Below the pieces are notes generated by a model. The model ran no database searches. It was not told where the DNA came from and saw nothing but the letters and a program-made list of their open reading frames with translations. Shown one piece after another: positions 11,139 to 20,696 of a stretch of 64,000 nt of DNA. The stretch's first letter is position 1; every line of letters starts with the position of its first letter. The stretch spans positions 6,358 to 70,357 of the forward strand of contig JAPLLR010000016.1 of assembly GCA_026387455.1 (NCBI GenBank), given 5' to 3'. Both the position numbers and the translations under genes were made by a program. The DNA is from Candidatus Omnitrophota bacterium. GTDB taxonomy: Bacteria > Omnitrophota > Gorgyraeia > Gygaellales > Profunditerraquicolaceae.

Positions 11139-11564
11139 ATGTGCTTTAGAATAATTCTATTCTGTTTATTGATTACTTCTATTTCTTATTTAGCGCAGGC
11201 GAAAGAGAAGGGTAAATTGGTTTGTTTTAAGAATGCTTGTGTGAGCGCGGAAACGGCGAGCACTCCGGAAGAAAAGCATCGGGGATTAATGTTCAGGAAA
11301 ACTCTAGGAGGGCTCTCGGGAATGCTTTTTGTCAATCAGCACGAGGGTCTATACCCATTTTGGATGAAAAATACGCTGATTTCCCTCGATATTATCTGGA
11401 TAAGTAAAGACAAAAAAGTTGTCTATATCGCAAAGAACGTTCAGCCTTGCCTTGAAACGTGTGAGGCTATTAAACCGGCTTGTCCGGCCCAGTATATATT
11501 AGAGGTTAATGCTGGATTTATTGAGAAATATCAGATTAAGGTTGGGCAAAGATTAGATTTCTAA
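11139..11564 (+). CDS. DUF192 family protein with a signal peptide.
   Basis: A hydrophobic N-terminus is followed by GLMFRKTLGGLSGMLF...PFWMKNTLISLDIIWI...YILEVNAGF, typical of DUF192/COG1430. Confidence 0.55.
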   Translation: MCFRIILFCLLITSISYLAQAKEKGKLVCFKNACVSAETASTPEEKHRGLMFRKTLGGLSGMLFVNQHEGLYPFWMKNTLISLDIIWISKDKKVVYIAKNVQPCLETCEAIKPACPAQYILEVNAGFIEKYQIKVGQRLDF

Positions 11565-11635
11565 TCAAAGCCTAAAAAATAGTCTTGATTCCCGATGTAT
11601 TTAGGCTACAATGGCTAAAGAGGAGAAAACGTATA

Positions 11636-11863
11636 ATGAAAATGATCATCGGTTTGACCTTCCCGGGTGAGCTTAAAGATGAGTCGATCATCTGCACCCT
11701 TTGCAAGAATTTCGATATCAAGCTGAATATTTTCGAGGCATCATTCTCTATGTATTCGGGATGGGCGATACTAGGTATTGAAGGCGAAGAGGAAGTGCTC
11801 AAAAAATCTTTCGATTTTTTGAGGACCAAGAACATCAACATCGAGAAAATTGAGACAAAATAA
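11636..11863 (+). CDS. Standalone NIL-domain protein (MetN C-terminal-like regulatory domain).
   Basis: MIIGLTFPGELKDESIICTLCKNFDIKLNIFEASF...WAILGIEGEEEV...NINIEKIE matches the NIL domain. The start is taken at the ATG after an AGAGGAG RBS. Confidence 0.55.
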   Translation: MKMIIGLTFPGELKDESIICTLCKNFDIKLNIFEASFSMYSGWAILGIEGEEEVLKKSFDFLRTKNINIEKIETK

Positions 11864-11902
11864 CCTCTTTCTCTGGGCGCTCCAAGGCGCCGAAAGTTTC
11901 CC

Positions 11903-13831
11903 ATGGATAAAGAAGAGGTAATAGTAGAATTTTTAAAAGGCCTACGTATCTGCCTTAATAACGCCTCGGTTTATTTCAAAGAGCATCCCTACTATATCAA
12001 ATCCGTAAACGAGTTTAAGGTTAAGATAGATTCCTTCCTTAAGTTTATCAACCCCATCAAAGTCAATATTGCGCCGGATTCGCTTTTTATTGCTGGCACC
12101 CCTTACGCCAAGTCCCAGCTTTTTACAGAGCTAGCCGCTTTTTTTCATATCCGTAAGATCAAAAGTATAGAGCTGCGTGAAGGGTTGACTATCGATGAGC
12201 TGCTTAATTTTTTAAGCGTCATCGCTCTTGCGCCCAAAGAGATTTTAAAGCGCGGCGGGGCGCAGAACATCATTAATATTGAGCATAACGCGCACTGCTT
12301 TGTGGAGCAGCTTGATTATTCTCAGTTATTGGGAAGTGTGGGGGAAGAGGCCAAAGACGTCTGGCTGTATTTGTTCGGAGAAGCGGCTCAGACTAATGAT
12401 GCGCAAAAGATCCAGCAGTGCGTGAATAATTTCGGTTCTGTGGCCGACTCGTTAAATGTGCGCGACCTTACCGAGGATGAAGAGCTTAAAGAAAATATCT
12501 GCAGTTTTTTAAGTTGCCTCAAGGACAGCCAGAAGGAAGATTATGAGAAGTGCAGCAAAGAGATGTTTAAAGCGGTGTTTAAGTATAAAGATGCTATTAC
12601 TCCTGAGCAGGCACAGAAGATCAAGGCCATATTTAAAGGCCTGAGTCAGGATCAGTTCGCGGATATACTGTTGGACGGTATTGTCAAAGACGATAATTTT
12701 GATGTTTTGAGCATGCAGCTTTTTTCCCGGCTTGCCGGAGAGGAGAGCGCGCAGGGGATCTCCTCTTCTATCTTAGCTAATGCAGGCGCTAAATCAGTGG
12801 TCAAGGAAAATCCGCATATCGCTAAAAGGGTGCACAGTCTTTTATCCGGACCGGACACCCAGTCTATTTCTGAAGGCTACCGTCACATACTATCAAGCTT
12901 GCTTAAGGATATCTCTTTTGATAAAGGGGTGTTTTTTGACCGCTCCCAGCTACATGTCAATTACCGTTATATCCTTCTGGCTCTTATTGATGATGAGCAT
13001 AAGTATGACAGTCTCAGTCTTGTGGTGAATAAGTTGGTTGAAGAATGGGAGAAGATTGTAAACGACAAGGACACCGTCTTTTTGCGTTGCGTATACGATA
13101 TTATCCGTAGGAAGAAAAAGGATAATATCGCAATCGACGCGGTATTCGTTGAGCTGGATAAACGCATGGTTGAGTTTATCGAGCATATACTTTGGGAAGG
13201 GCAGTCTTTGCCGGATTTGGAATATCTGGCTGACAGGCTAAAGAAGAGTTCTTTGGAAATTGATTTCTTTCTGGGCAAAATTTTTGAACAGGGGTGTATC
13301 AGCCCCTCAATATTGAAATTGTTTTTTAGGTCTTTCCCCGCAGAGAAAGGTAAATTCTATAAAAAGCTTGAAGCTCGTCGTGCAGATATGGATTTCCTTA
13401 GCCGGATAATCCATAGTTTAAAGAACCTTGATTCGAAGTTAGCTCTTGATGCGTTGATAAAAGTCTATGGCTTGACCAATGAGCTTGTGGGGGCAGAGAT
13501 TTTAAGAATAATGCAGGGCCTGCCTGAAATAAACGCGAATTTTACGCTTTCGATCCTTAAAAAATCCGGTGCACGCTTGAAGAAAGAGGCGCTGGGAATC
13601 TTGATGAGGGACGCGCAGTTAAGGAGGCGGGCAGCAACTACGCTACTTGGCATTTTAAGCTTGTTCGGTATGAACAATGGCCTGCTTATTGAGAATATGG
13701 ATTTATGTTCTCAGGCAGGGCTTAAAGAGGCCGGAGATTATCTTGAGTTACTAAAAAACAGGCGGTTCTTCTGGAATCGCGGAGTTAGGGAAAAGGCGAA
13801 AGTTACCTTGGAGAAGCTGAATGCTGGATAA
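11903..13831 (+). CDS. Hypothetical 642-aa helical protein. Its N-terminal domain is paralogous to the N-domain (DUF3391-like) of the downstream HD-GYP protein, and it has no HD domain.
   Basis: The N-terminal roughly 130 aa align with the next ORF (YFKEHPYYIKSVNEF versus YSTEHPMFKKSAEKAF; ELREGLTIDELLNFLSVIA versus IERIAFYKGVQAEEFNKFIIFLA). Confidence 0.5.
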   Translation: MDKEEVIVEFLKGLRICLNNASVYFKEHPYYIKSVNEFKVKIDSFLKFINPIKVNIAPDSLFIAGTPYAKSQLFTELAAFFHIRKIKSIELREGLTIDELLNFLSVIALAPKEILKRGGAQNIINIEHNAHCFVEQLDYSQLLGSVGEEAKDVWLYLFGEAAQTNDAQKIQQCVNNFGSVADSLNVRDLTEDEELKENICSFLSCLKDSQKEDYEKCSKEMFKAVFKYKDAITPEQAQKIKAIFKGLSQDQFADILLDGIVKDDNFDVLSMQLFSRLAGEESAQGISSSILANAGAKSVVKENPHIAKRVHSLLSGPDTQSISEGYRHILSSLLKDISFDKGVFFDRSQLHVNYRYILLALIDDEHKYDSLSLVVNKLVEEWEKIVNDKDTVFLRCVYDIIRRKKKDNIAIDAVFVELDKRMVEFIEHILWEGQSLPDLEYLADRLKKSSLEIDFFLGKIFEQGCISPSILKLFFRSFPAEKGKFYKKLEARRADMDFLSRIIHSLKNLDSKLALDALIKVYGLTNELVGAEILRIMQGLPEINANFTLSILKKSGARLKKEALGILMRDAQLRRRAATTLLGILSLFGMNNGLLIENMDLCSQAGLKEAGDYLELLKNRRFFWNRGVREKAKVTLEKLNAG

Positions 13832-15158
13832 AATTGAGTCTAATTTCAGGGACCTTTTGTCGGCGCTGCAGACGGCGAAGCTCTATAGCACAGAGCATCC
13901 GATGTTTAAGAAATCCGCGGAGAAAGCGTTTATTAGCCTTCAGGAAGTGCTGCGCGACAGGGACGATCTGGTTCTGGGTTTTGTTGGCGATGAGATCGCT
14001 TTTGAGAAAGAGATATTTTTTGATTTAAGCAAGATGGTCAGGCCGGCGATAATATATCTCAAGGATCGTGGTATTGAGCGCATTGCTTTTTATAAAGGAG
14101 TACAGGCCGAGGAGTTCAACAAGTTTATCATATTTCTGGCGGGGCCCAAAGACGAGTCCAAGCGCGAAGCGCAAGAACATCTGACGTTTTTAGGGATAGA
14201 GAATATTGTGGTTGGAAAGATCAAGGTAGGCGGTAAGTCGGGAGAAGCTCAAGGAAAAGGTGTAGCCGTAAACATGTACGACAGTTCTTTGGATAAAGTT
14301 TCTCAGTCTTTGGCCAGCGTGCTTGATTCCGAGACAATAGACCACCTGGTGCTTAAGTTTTCCATCAACAATATACTAGAAAGCCTGAGCACCCAGCATC
14401 AGGAGTTTATGAAATTTACTACGCTTAAGCGTTACGACGTGGGCACGTATGTTCATTTATTGAACGTGTGTATATTAAGCATGTATTTTGCTTCGAAGCT
14501 CGGGTTTGCCCGGGATGATGCCCTCGATGTCGGCATCGGCGGATTATTCCATGATATCGGGAAGCTTTATATTTCCCGTAAGATCATTAGCAAAAGCGAT
14601 AAGCTTACCGATGAAGAGCTGAATATGATGGAGAGCCATCCCATGCTTGGCGCTCAGATCCTTTTAGGCTATGCGGATAATCTGGGGATATTGCCTGTGG
14701 TGATCTGTTTTGAGCACCATCTGAAATACAATATGCAGGGTTATCCGAAGAAGCCGTTCACCCGCAAGCCCCATATCGCTACGAGAATAGTTTCTATTTG
14801 CGACGTGTACGACGCTCTTTCCCAGAGGCGCGGATACAAGGCAGATTATGCTCCGGACTTGATCTATAATATTATTTCCAAGGAAAAAGGTACTTCCTTT
14901 GACCCGGAGATGGTGGATAAATTTTTTAGGATCATGGGAGTTTGGCCAATTGGCTCTATAGTGGGCTTAAATGACGGCAGGGTGGCGGTGGTTACCGATG
15001 AGCACGAGGATGATATTTTCTCGCCCTCTGTAAGGGTGATCGGGCCGCAGCCAGAGCTTGAGGCTTTAGATTTGCGGCAAAGCTCGGGAAGTCTGCGTAT
15101 TGAGCGTTATCTTAACCCCTGGACAGAAGGAAAAGAGTATTTGCGCTTGGTGCAATAG
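13821..15158 (+). CDS. HD-GYP domain phosphodiesterase with an N-terminal DUF3391-like domain.
   Basis: Carries the HD motif (GGLFHDIGK) and the HD-GYP signature region (HHLKYNMQGYPK). Its start overlaps the upstream gene. Confidence 0.75.
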   Translation: MLDKIESNFRDLLSALQTAKLYSTEHPMFKKSAEKAFISLQEVLRDRDDLVLGFVGDEIAFEKEIFFDLSKMVRPAIIYLKDRGIERIAFYKGVQAEEFNKFIIFLAGPKDESKREAQEHLTFLGIENIVVGKIKVGGKSGEAQGKGVAVNMYDSSLDKVSQSLASVLDSETIDHLVLKFSINNILESLSTQHQEFMKFTTLKRYDVGTYVHLLNVCILSMYFASKLGFARDDALDVGIGGLFHDIGKLYISRKIISKSDKLTDEELNMMESHPMLGAQILLGYADNLGILPVVICFEHHLKYNMQGYPKKPFTRKPHIATRIVSICDVYDALSQRRGYKADYAPDLIYNIISKEKGTSFDPEMVDKFFRIMGVWPIGSIVGLNDGRVAVVTDEHEDDIFSPSVRVIGPQPELEALDLRQSSGSLRIERYLNPWTEGKEYLRLVQ

Positions 15159-15188
15159 GCTTGTGTGATATAATAGGCAAAAATTATA

Positions 15189-15286
15189 CACCTGGCCTAA
15201 TAGGAATGGCCAGTATTTCATCCTAGAAAGGATGCACCCAGCATACCTTTTAGCTGGGGTGCAACTTTCTATGAAAGGAAGTGAGT
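15189..15286 (+). repeat. Modular hairpin repeat (CACCTGGCC-TAATAGGAA-TGGCCAG; TCATCCTAGAAAGGATG; GCACCCAGC...GCTGGGGTGC) forming the 5' leader of the downstream gene.
   Basis: The same module order recurs at 20191-20288 and 34392-34662, and partial versions occur at 530-582 and 60156-60209. Confidence 0.6.
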
Positions 15287-16813
15287 ATGTTAAAGAAAAA
15301 CGGATTCGATAACGATAAGTACTTGAAAGAGCAGACCGTGGCGATCACAGACCGGGTGAAGAAGTTCGATAACAAGCTTTACTTAGAGTTCGGGGGTAAG
15401 CTTTGTTTTGACTATCACGCTGCTCGCGTTCTTCCGGGCTATGACCCTAATGTCAAGATCAGGCTGTTGCAGGAGCTAAAAAACAAGATAGATATAGTGC
15501 TTTGTATCTATGCCGGGGATATCGAGCGGGGCAGGGTGCGCGGAGATTTCGGGATCACATATGATTCTGCTACCTTGAAACTCATCGATGACCTGCGTAA
15601 GTGGGGCCTAGATATCCTTTCTGTTGTGATCACTCGCTTTGCCAATCAGCCCTCGGCGATTATCTTTAAGAATAAGCTTGAGCGCCGCGGGGTAAAAGTC
15701 AACCTGCATTACCCTATCGACGGCTATCCTGCGGATGTGAATAAGATCGCCAGCGAGAATGGATTCGGCAAGAACGAATACATTCAGACCAAGAATCCTA
15801 TTGTAGTGATCACCGCGCCCGGGCCTAATAGCGGAAAGCTTTCCACCTGCCTTTCTCAGCTTTACCATGACCATAAGAGGGGCGTTAATTCCGGCTACGC
15901 TAAGTTCGAGACATTTCCTATCTGGAATTTAGCGCTTAAGCATCCCGTAAACGTGGCTTATGAAGCGGCTACCGCGGATATCCAGGATTTTAATCTGGTC
16001 GACCCTTTTCATTTAAATAAATACAATAAAACCGCCATAAATTATAACCGCGATGTAGAAAGTTTCCCGATATTGAGACTGATCTTAAACCGGATCTTTG
16101 ATAAGAATGCTAACTTACCGATGTATAACTCACCTACGGATATGGGGGTCAACCGTGCGTGGTTTGGTATCGTTGACGATAAGGCGGTGCAGGACGCGGC
16201 AAAGCAGGAGCTTATCCGTAGGTATTTCCGCTATAATACCGAGTATATCCTGGGTATAGAGAAAAAAGAGACGGTGGATAGGGTAATGATGTTGATGGAG
16301 GAGATGGGGGTCAAGCCCACGGATCGGACCGTACTGGAAGTGGCGCGTAAATCAGCTGATGAGGCAGAGGTAAATGGTAAGGGTAATGAGGGGATCTACT
16401 GCGGCGCAGCCCTGCAGCTGAATGACGGACGCATTATTACCGGAAAAAATTCTAAATTTATGCATGCGGCTTCCGCGCTGATCCTGAATGCGGTAAAGCA
16501 GCTGGCCAATATTCCCGATGAGATACTTCTATTATCCCCGCATATCATCAGTCAGATCGCCAAGCTTAAAGAAGGAATCCTGGATGCCGACTCCGAGAGT
16601 CTTGATCTTGAGGAGTCCCTGATAGCTTTATCTATAAGCGCAACCACCAATCACACCGCGGAGCTGGCGATGAATAAACTGGTGGAACTCAGTGGCTGTG
16701 AGGTGCAAATGACCCAAATCCACACTCCCGGAGACGAGGTGGGGCTTAAGCGGCTGGGGGTGAACCTTACTACAGACGGAAAGTTCTCTTCACGCAATCT
16801 TTTTGTCGCCTGA
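15287..16813 (+). CDS. DUF1846 / UPF0371 family protein.
   Basis: The N-terminus (FDNDKYLKEQTVAITDRVKKFDNKLYLEFGGKLCFDYHAARVLPGYDPN) and the 510-aa length match UPF0371. Confidence 0.6.
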   Translation: MLKKNGFDNDKYLKEQTVAITDRVKKFDNKLYLEFGGKLCFDYHAARVLPGYDPNVKIRLLQELKNKIDIVLCIYAGDIERGRVRGDFGITYDSATLKLIDDLRKWGLDILSVVITRFANQPSAIIFKNKLERRGVKVNLHYPIDGYPADVNKIASENGFGKNEYIQTKNPIVVITAPGPNSGKLSTCLSQLYHDHKRGVNSGYAKFETFPIWNLALKHPVNVAYEAATADIQDFNLVDPFHLNKYNKTAINYNRDVESFPILRLILNRIFDKNANLPMYNSPTDMGVNRAWFGIVDDKAVQDAAKQELIRRYFRYNTEYILGIEKKETVDRVMMLMEEMGVKPTDRTVLEVARKSADEAEVNGKGNEGIYCGAALQLNDGRIITGKNSKFMHAASALILNAVKQLANIPDEILLLSPHIISQIAKLKEGILDADSESLDLEESLIALSISATTNHTAELAMNKLVELSGCEVQMTQIHTPGDEVGLKRLGVNLTTDGKFSSRNLFVA

Positions 16814-17499
16814 TGGATCTGAAGAAGTATAAGTCCGGAATTGGATTTATTTTATTGGTTCTTGGTATATTTCTTCTTTGGTATCTGGGCAGATTCTTAC
16901 ACCTGGATATCCAGGCAATCCGCAAGCCGCTTGAAAGTTTTCCGCTATTTGTCAGCAGTTTTGTCTTTGTGATCCTTTATGTAGTGGTCACGTTCTTTGT
17001 TTTTTTCTCTAAGGACATATTTTATTTGGCCGGAGCCTTAATCTTCGGGCCGTATTTGAGTGCGGTTTTGATCTTTATTTCTGAAGCGCTGAACGCCTGC
17101 ATACTTTTTTATTGTTCTAGATACCTTGGGCGGGCGTATGTCCGGGATTCTCTATCTGGGAAATATCAGCGCTTGGATGAGCAGCTAGGCGGCATAAGCT
17201 TATTCTGGCTTTTTATTTTTCGGGCGGCACCCCTGATACCTTACCGTTTTCTGGATATGGCCGCGGGTCTGACCCGCATGAGGTTCAGTAAATATTTTGC
17301 GGCAGTTCTACTCGGCTCTTTTCTAAAGATATTCTGGATACAGTTTATTTTGTACGGCGTAGGAGAGAGCGTGATCAGCAATCCGAATGCACTTTTTGAT
17401 TACTTTCTTAATAATCAGCCGGTATTTTTATTCAGTCTTTTGTATTTGGTGTTAGTGGGCATGGTTATTTATAAAATCAGAAAGAAATTTAAGACATGA
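16813..17499 (+). CDS. TVP38/TMEM64 (DedA-related) family membrane protein.
   Basis: Multi-pass hydrophobic profile with the LIPYRFLDMAAGLTRM motif, typical of the YdjX/TVP38 family. Confidence 0.6.
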   Translation: MDLKKYKSGIGFILLVLGIFLLWYLGRFLHLDIQAIRKPLESFPLFVSSFVFVILYVVVTFFVFFSKDIFYLAGALIFGPYLSAVLIFISEALNACILFYCSRYLGRAYVRDSLSGKYQRLDEQLGGISLFWLFIFRAAPLIPYRFLDMAAGLTRMRFSKYFAAVLLGSFLKIFWIQFILYGVGESVISNPNALFDYFLNNQPVFLFSLLYLVLVGMVIYKIRKKFKT

Positions 17500-18890
17500 G
17501 CGTAAATTTAAAATTCTTAGGGGGTGTACGCACAGTCACCGGATCAAGCCATTTAGTGACTACTGATAAGTCTGAGATTTTGCTTGATGCCGGGATGTTT
17601 CAGGGCCACCGCGATGAGTCTTATATGATCAACGCTACCCTTCATTACAATCCGCGTAAGATCAAAGCCATGGTTTTGTCGCACGCGCATATCGACCACT
17701 GCGGGAATATTCCGATCCTGATCAAAAAGGGTTTACGTTGTAAGATCTATGCCACCTCAGCCACTAAGGATCTCACGGCGCTGATGCTTGAGGATTCCGG
17801 CAAGATACAGGAAGAGGATGTGCGCTATGTGAATAAGATTAATAAGCGCCTGGGTCTGCCGCCCAGAGAGCCGCTTTACACCAAGAAAGAGGCGATGCGC
17901 GCGACAAAAATATTTCGCTCCATATCTTACGAGCAGCGCTTCTGTATTGCCAAGGAGTGCTTTGCCACTCTCCATGACGCAGGGCATATCCTGGGCTCAA
18001 GCATTATAGTGCTCGATGTAAAAGACGGAGTGAAAAATATCCGTATCGGCTATGCCGTTGACCTAGGTAGGAAGAATCTTCCGCTTTTGAATGATCCGGT
18101 GATTCCGCACAGATTAGATTATTTGATCATTGAAAGCACTTATGGTGGCAGGTTCCACGCGCCGATAGAAGAGGCCCAGTCGCGCCTGCGCGAGGCGATC
18201 AACCGTGCGGTACAGCGCGGGGGCAAGATTTTAATCCCCTCATTTGCCCTTGAGCGCACGCAAGAGGTGCTGTATTTCTTAAATGAGTTGATCAAGCAAC
18301 AACTGGTCCCATCAATTCCTATATATGTGGACAGTCCGCTTGCAACAGGCATTACCGATTTATTCACCCACCACATGGATTTTCTGGACTCTAAGACCCG
18401 CCAGGCAATAGCCCGCGGGGAGAGTCCTTTTGAGCTCTTGAATCTACGCTTCGTGCGCGACCAGACAGAGTCAAAGGCCCTGAATATTGACAAGCGGCCG
18501 ATGATCATCATTGCCGGAAGCGGAATGTGCGAATCCGGAAGGATGCTACATCATCTTAAGAACAATATAGAAGATTCCCGTAATATGGTACTTGTGGTAG
18601 GGTACATGGCAAAGAATACTTTAGGCAGGAAAATTGTCGAAAGGGAGAAATTAGTGCGTATTTTCGGCGTGGAATACGAGCTTAACGCAGAAGTGGTGAT
18701 CATCAACGCGTTTTCCGGACACGCGGATAAAACAGAGCTGGTGGATTTTGTCCGGCAGTGCCTGCCGCTTAAGCGGATATTCCTGGTGCATGGCGATGAA
18801 GAGCAGACTCTGCACTTGTATGACGCGCTGGTAGCCATGGGTCAGAATGTGCTTATCCCGTTTAAGGGTGAAGAAGTGTTGCTTAGTTGA
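17496..18890 (+). CDS. MBL-fold metallo-hydrolase of the beta-CASP family (RNA-metabolising nuclease, RNase J/CPSF-like).
   Basis: Carries the HAHIDHCG motif II and the downstream beta-CASP motifs (ESTYGG, HADKTEL). Confidence 0.7.
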   Translation: MSVNLKFLGGVRTVTGSSHLVTTDKSEILLDAGMFQGHRDESYMINATLHYNPRKIKAMVLSHAHIDHCGNIPILIKKGLRCKIYATSATKDLTALMLEDSGKIQEEDVRYVNKINKRLGLPPREPLYTKKEAMRATKIFRSISYEQRFCIAKECFATLHDAGHILGSSIIVLDVKDGVKNIRIGYAVDLGRKNLPLLNDPVIPHRLDYLIIESTYGGRFHAPIEEAQSRLREAINRAVQRGGKILIPSFALERTQEVLYFLNELIKQQLVPSIPIYVDSPLATGITDLFTHHMDFLDSKTRQAIARGESPFELLNLRFVRDQTESKALNIDKRPMIIIAGSGMCESGRMLHHLKNNIEDSRNMVLVVGYMAKNTLGRKIVEREKLVRIFGVEYELNAEVVIINAFSGHADKTELVDFVRQCLPLKRIFLVHGDEEQTLHLYDALVAMGQNVLIPFKGEEVLLS

Positions 18891-18953
18891 AGGATTCGTG
18901 GTAGTATTATTTTCGCTATAAAATAAAGAGTTTAATCTATGGAGGGTTTTACA

Positions 18954-19202
18954 ATGGCTGGCGGAAAATCTACACCAAAGAAAGATCAAGCGTTAAAAGT
19001 CGCAAGTGGCGAGTTAGTCAAGACCGGGCAGATCATGGTCCGCGGTATCCCTGTATATAAGGCCGGGGTGAACGTTGCTGGGCTAGGTACGCTTTACGCC
19101 CTTTGCAGTGGGAAAGTCTTTTTCCGGCATAAGAAAACAAGCCATGGCAAGGTGCGCACTTTTATCGGCGTCACTCCAATAAAGGAAAAAGCCGCTAAAT
19201 AA
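18954..19202 (+). CDS. rpmA: 50S ribosomal protein bL27 (divergent).
   Basis: The core ALKVASGELVKTGQIMVRGIPVYKAGVNVAGLGTLYALCSGKVFF matches the L27 pattern (G-x-I-I-V-R...NVG-G-D-TLFA-DG-V-F). A GGAGGG RBS is present. There is no adjacent rplU. Confidence 0.6.
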   Translation: MAGGKSTPKKDQALKVASGELVKTGQIMVRGIPVYKAGVNVAGLGTLYALCSGKVFFRHKKTSHGKVRTFIGVTPIKEKAAK

Positions 19203-19204
19203 GC

Positions 19205-20205
19205 ATGCCCCAAGAAGCAGGTATCCAGGAAAGAGCTAGGAAGTATTCGCTAAAGAAATATTCTCTGGCTCTGTTGGATACCGTAGTTACGCTTGCCCTG
19301 CTTCTGATTTTTTTGGCTACAGGTTTATCCCGGGCTCTTACTGAGGGCCTGGGATTTATTTTTTCAAGCAGCTATTTCACTGTTCCTGTTTACCTGCTCG
19401 TTGTAATTCTTGCCTACTATTTGATCACTTTTCCACTTACTTTTTACCAATCCTATACTCTTGAGCACGAATTTTCTCTGTCCCGGCAAAGCGTAAAATC
19501 GGGGTATTCTGGATATTTTTCTCTATTGTCATGGCTAATCTTTTGCCTGTATTAATCATACCTTTATTTTTTAAATATAAGAAACTTGAGGATGAAACAC
19601 TGCGCCAGAGGATAATTGTTTTAGCGGGCAAGATGAAAGTAAGGGTTCTGGATGTTTTTGAGATAGACTTAAGCAAAAAGTCTTTAAAAGGCAATGCCGC
19701 TTTCGTGGGGGCGGGGAACACGCGAAGAGTGCTTTTGGCAGACACCTTAAAAGATAAATACACCTATGAGGAGATAGAGGTGATTCTGGCGCATGAGTTC
19801 GCGCACTACCGCTTGAAGCATTTATTGAAGCTAATATTGGTCAATTCCGCGGTGACTCTGGTAACTTTTTTTGTAATTTATGCCACCAGCAGTTCGGCGC
19901 TGTGGTTGTTTGGGTTGTCTTCGTATCTAGAGCTTGCGGCTTTACCATTACTCTTTTTTTATTTTGCGGTTTTTGGTGTAATTTTGCAGCCGTTTGGGGC
20001 TTTTATCAGCCGCTGTTTCGAGCGTAGTGCTGATAGGATGGCCATACAGGTGACCGGCCTGAAAGACGCCTTTATCTCGACCATGGATAAGTTGGGTGAT
20101 CAGAATCTTTCGGATCGTAATCCGCACCCGCTTATTAAATTTTACTTTTTCGACCATCCGCCCATAGATGAGCGGATCAAGATGGCAAAACACCTGGCCT
20201 TATAG
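19205..20205 (+). pseudogene. M48-family (Ste24/HtpX-like) zinc metalloprotease, disrupted by a frameshift near 19531-19555 and an apparent internal deletion of about 40 codons.
   Basis: ORF 19205-19555 carries the N-terminal LEHEFSLSRQ region. ORF 19531-20205, in another frame, carries PLFFKYKKLEDETLRQRI...ILAHEFAHYRLKH (HEXXH). The two transmembrane helices normally between them are missing. Confidence 0.55.
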
Positions 20206-20288
20206 GAAAGGCCAGTGTTCCGTCCTAAAAAGGACGCACCCAGCCTACTTATTAGCTGGGGTGTAGCTTTCTGCGTAAGGAGGTTAAG
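20191..20288 (+). repeat. Modular hairpin repeat (TTATAGGA-loop family) overlapping the stop codon of the M48 gene and forming the leader of the next gene.
   Basis: CACCTGGCC-TTATAGGAA-AGGCCAGTG, then TCCGTCCTAAAAAGGACG, then GCACCCAGC..GCTGGGGTG, then AGCTTTCTGCGTAAGGAGG. The TAG stop of the M48 CDS lies inside the TTATAGGA loop. Confidence 0.6.
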
Positions 20289-20696
20289 ATGAAAAGAATA
20301 GCTGGGTTTTTGTTTGTATTATTTTTTGTTGTGTCTTCTGGTTCATCAGTTTTCGCACAAGGGTTCAGGGGCATGAGTGATGTTGTCCCACCGCCATTTG
20401 TGATTTATCCTAGTGAGCGTGCTGACATAAGCGGCAAAGACGTGCTCACCCTTAAGTGGAAGACCCCGGGAAGTTTTGATATTGACCACGTGGAGTTTAA
20501 GCTGTATAAAGGATATATCACCGCGGATTCCAACTTGGTCTATAAAGAGGATGTTGATCCGGTTGAGTCTGAGGTGGATGTGAAGGCCGATCTTTTGCAA
20601 GATGGCCAGACTTACACCATGTATTTACGTTCGATATCACGCGAGGGCTACAAAAGTGACCGGGTGTTTAATTCTTTTCAGGTAATTAAGAAATAA
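20289..20696 (+). CDS. Small secreted hypothetical protein (signal peptide).
   Basis: The N-terminal hydrophobic stretch ends in AQG. A strong AAGGAGG RBS is present. No known motif. Confidence 0.5.
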   Translation: MKRIAGFLFVLFFVVSSGSSVFAQGFRGMSDVVPPPFVIYPSERADISGKDVLTLKWKTPGSFDIDHVEFKLYKGYITADSNLVYKEDVDPVESEVDVKADLLQDGQTYTMYLRSISREGYKSDRVFNSFQVIKK

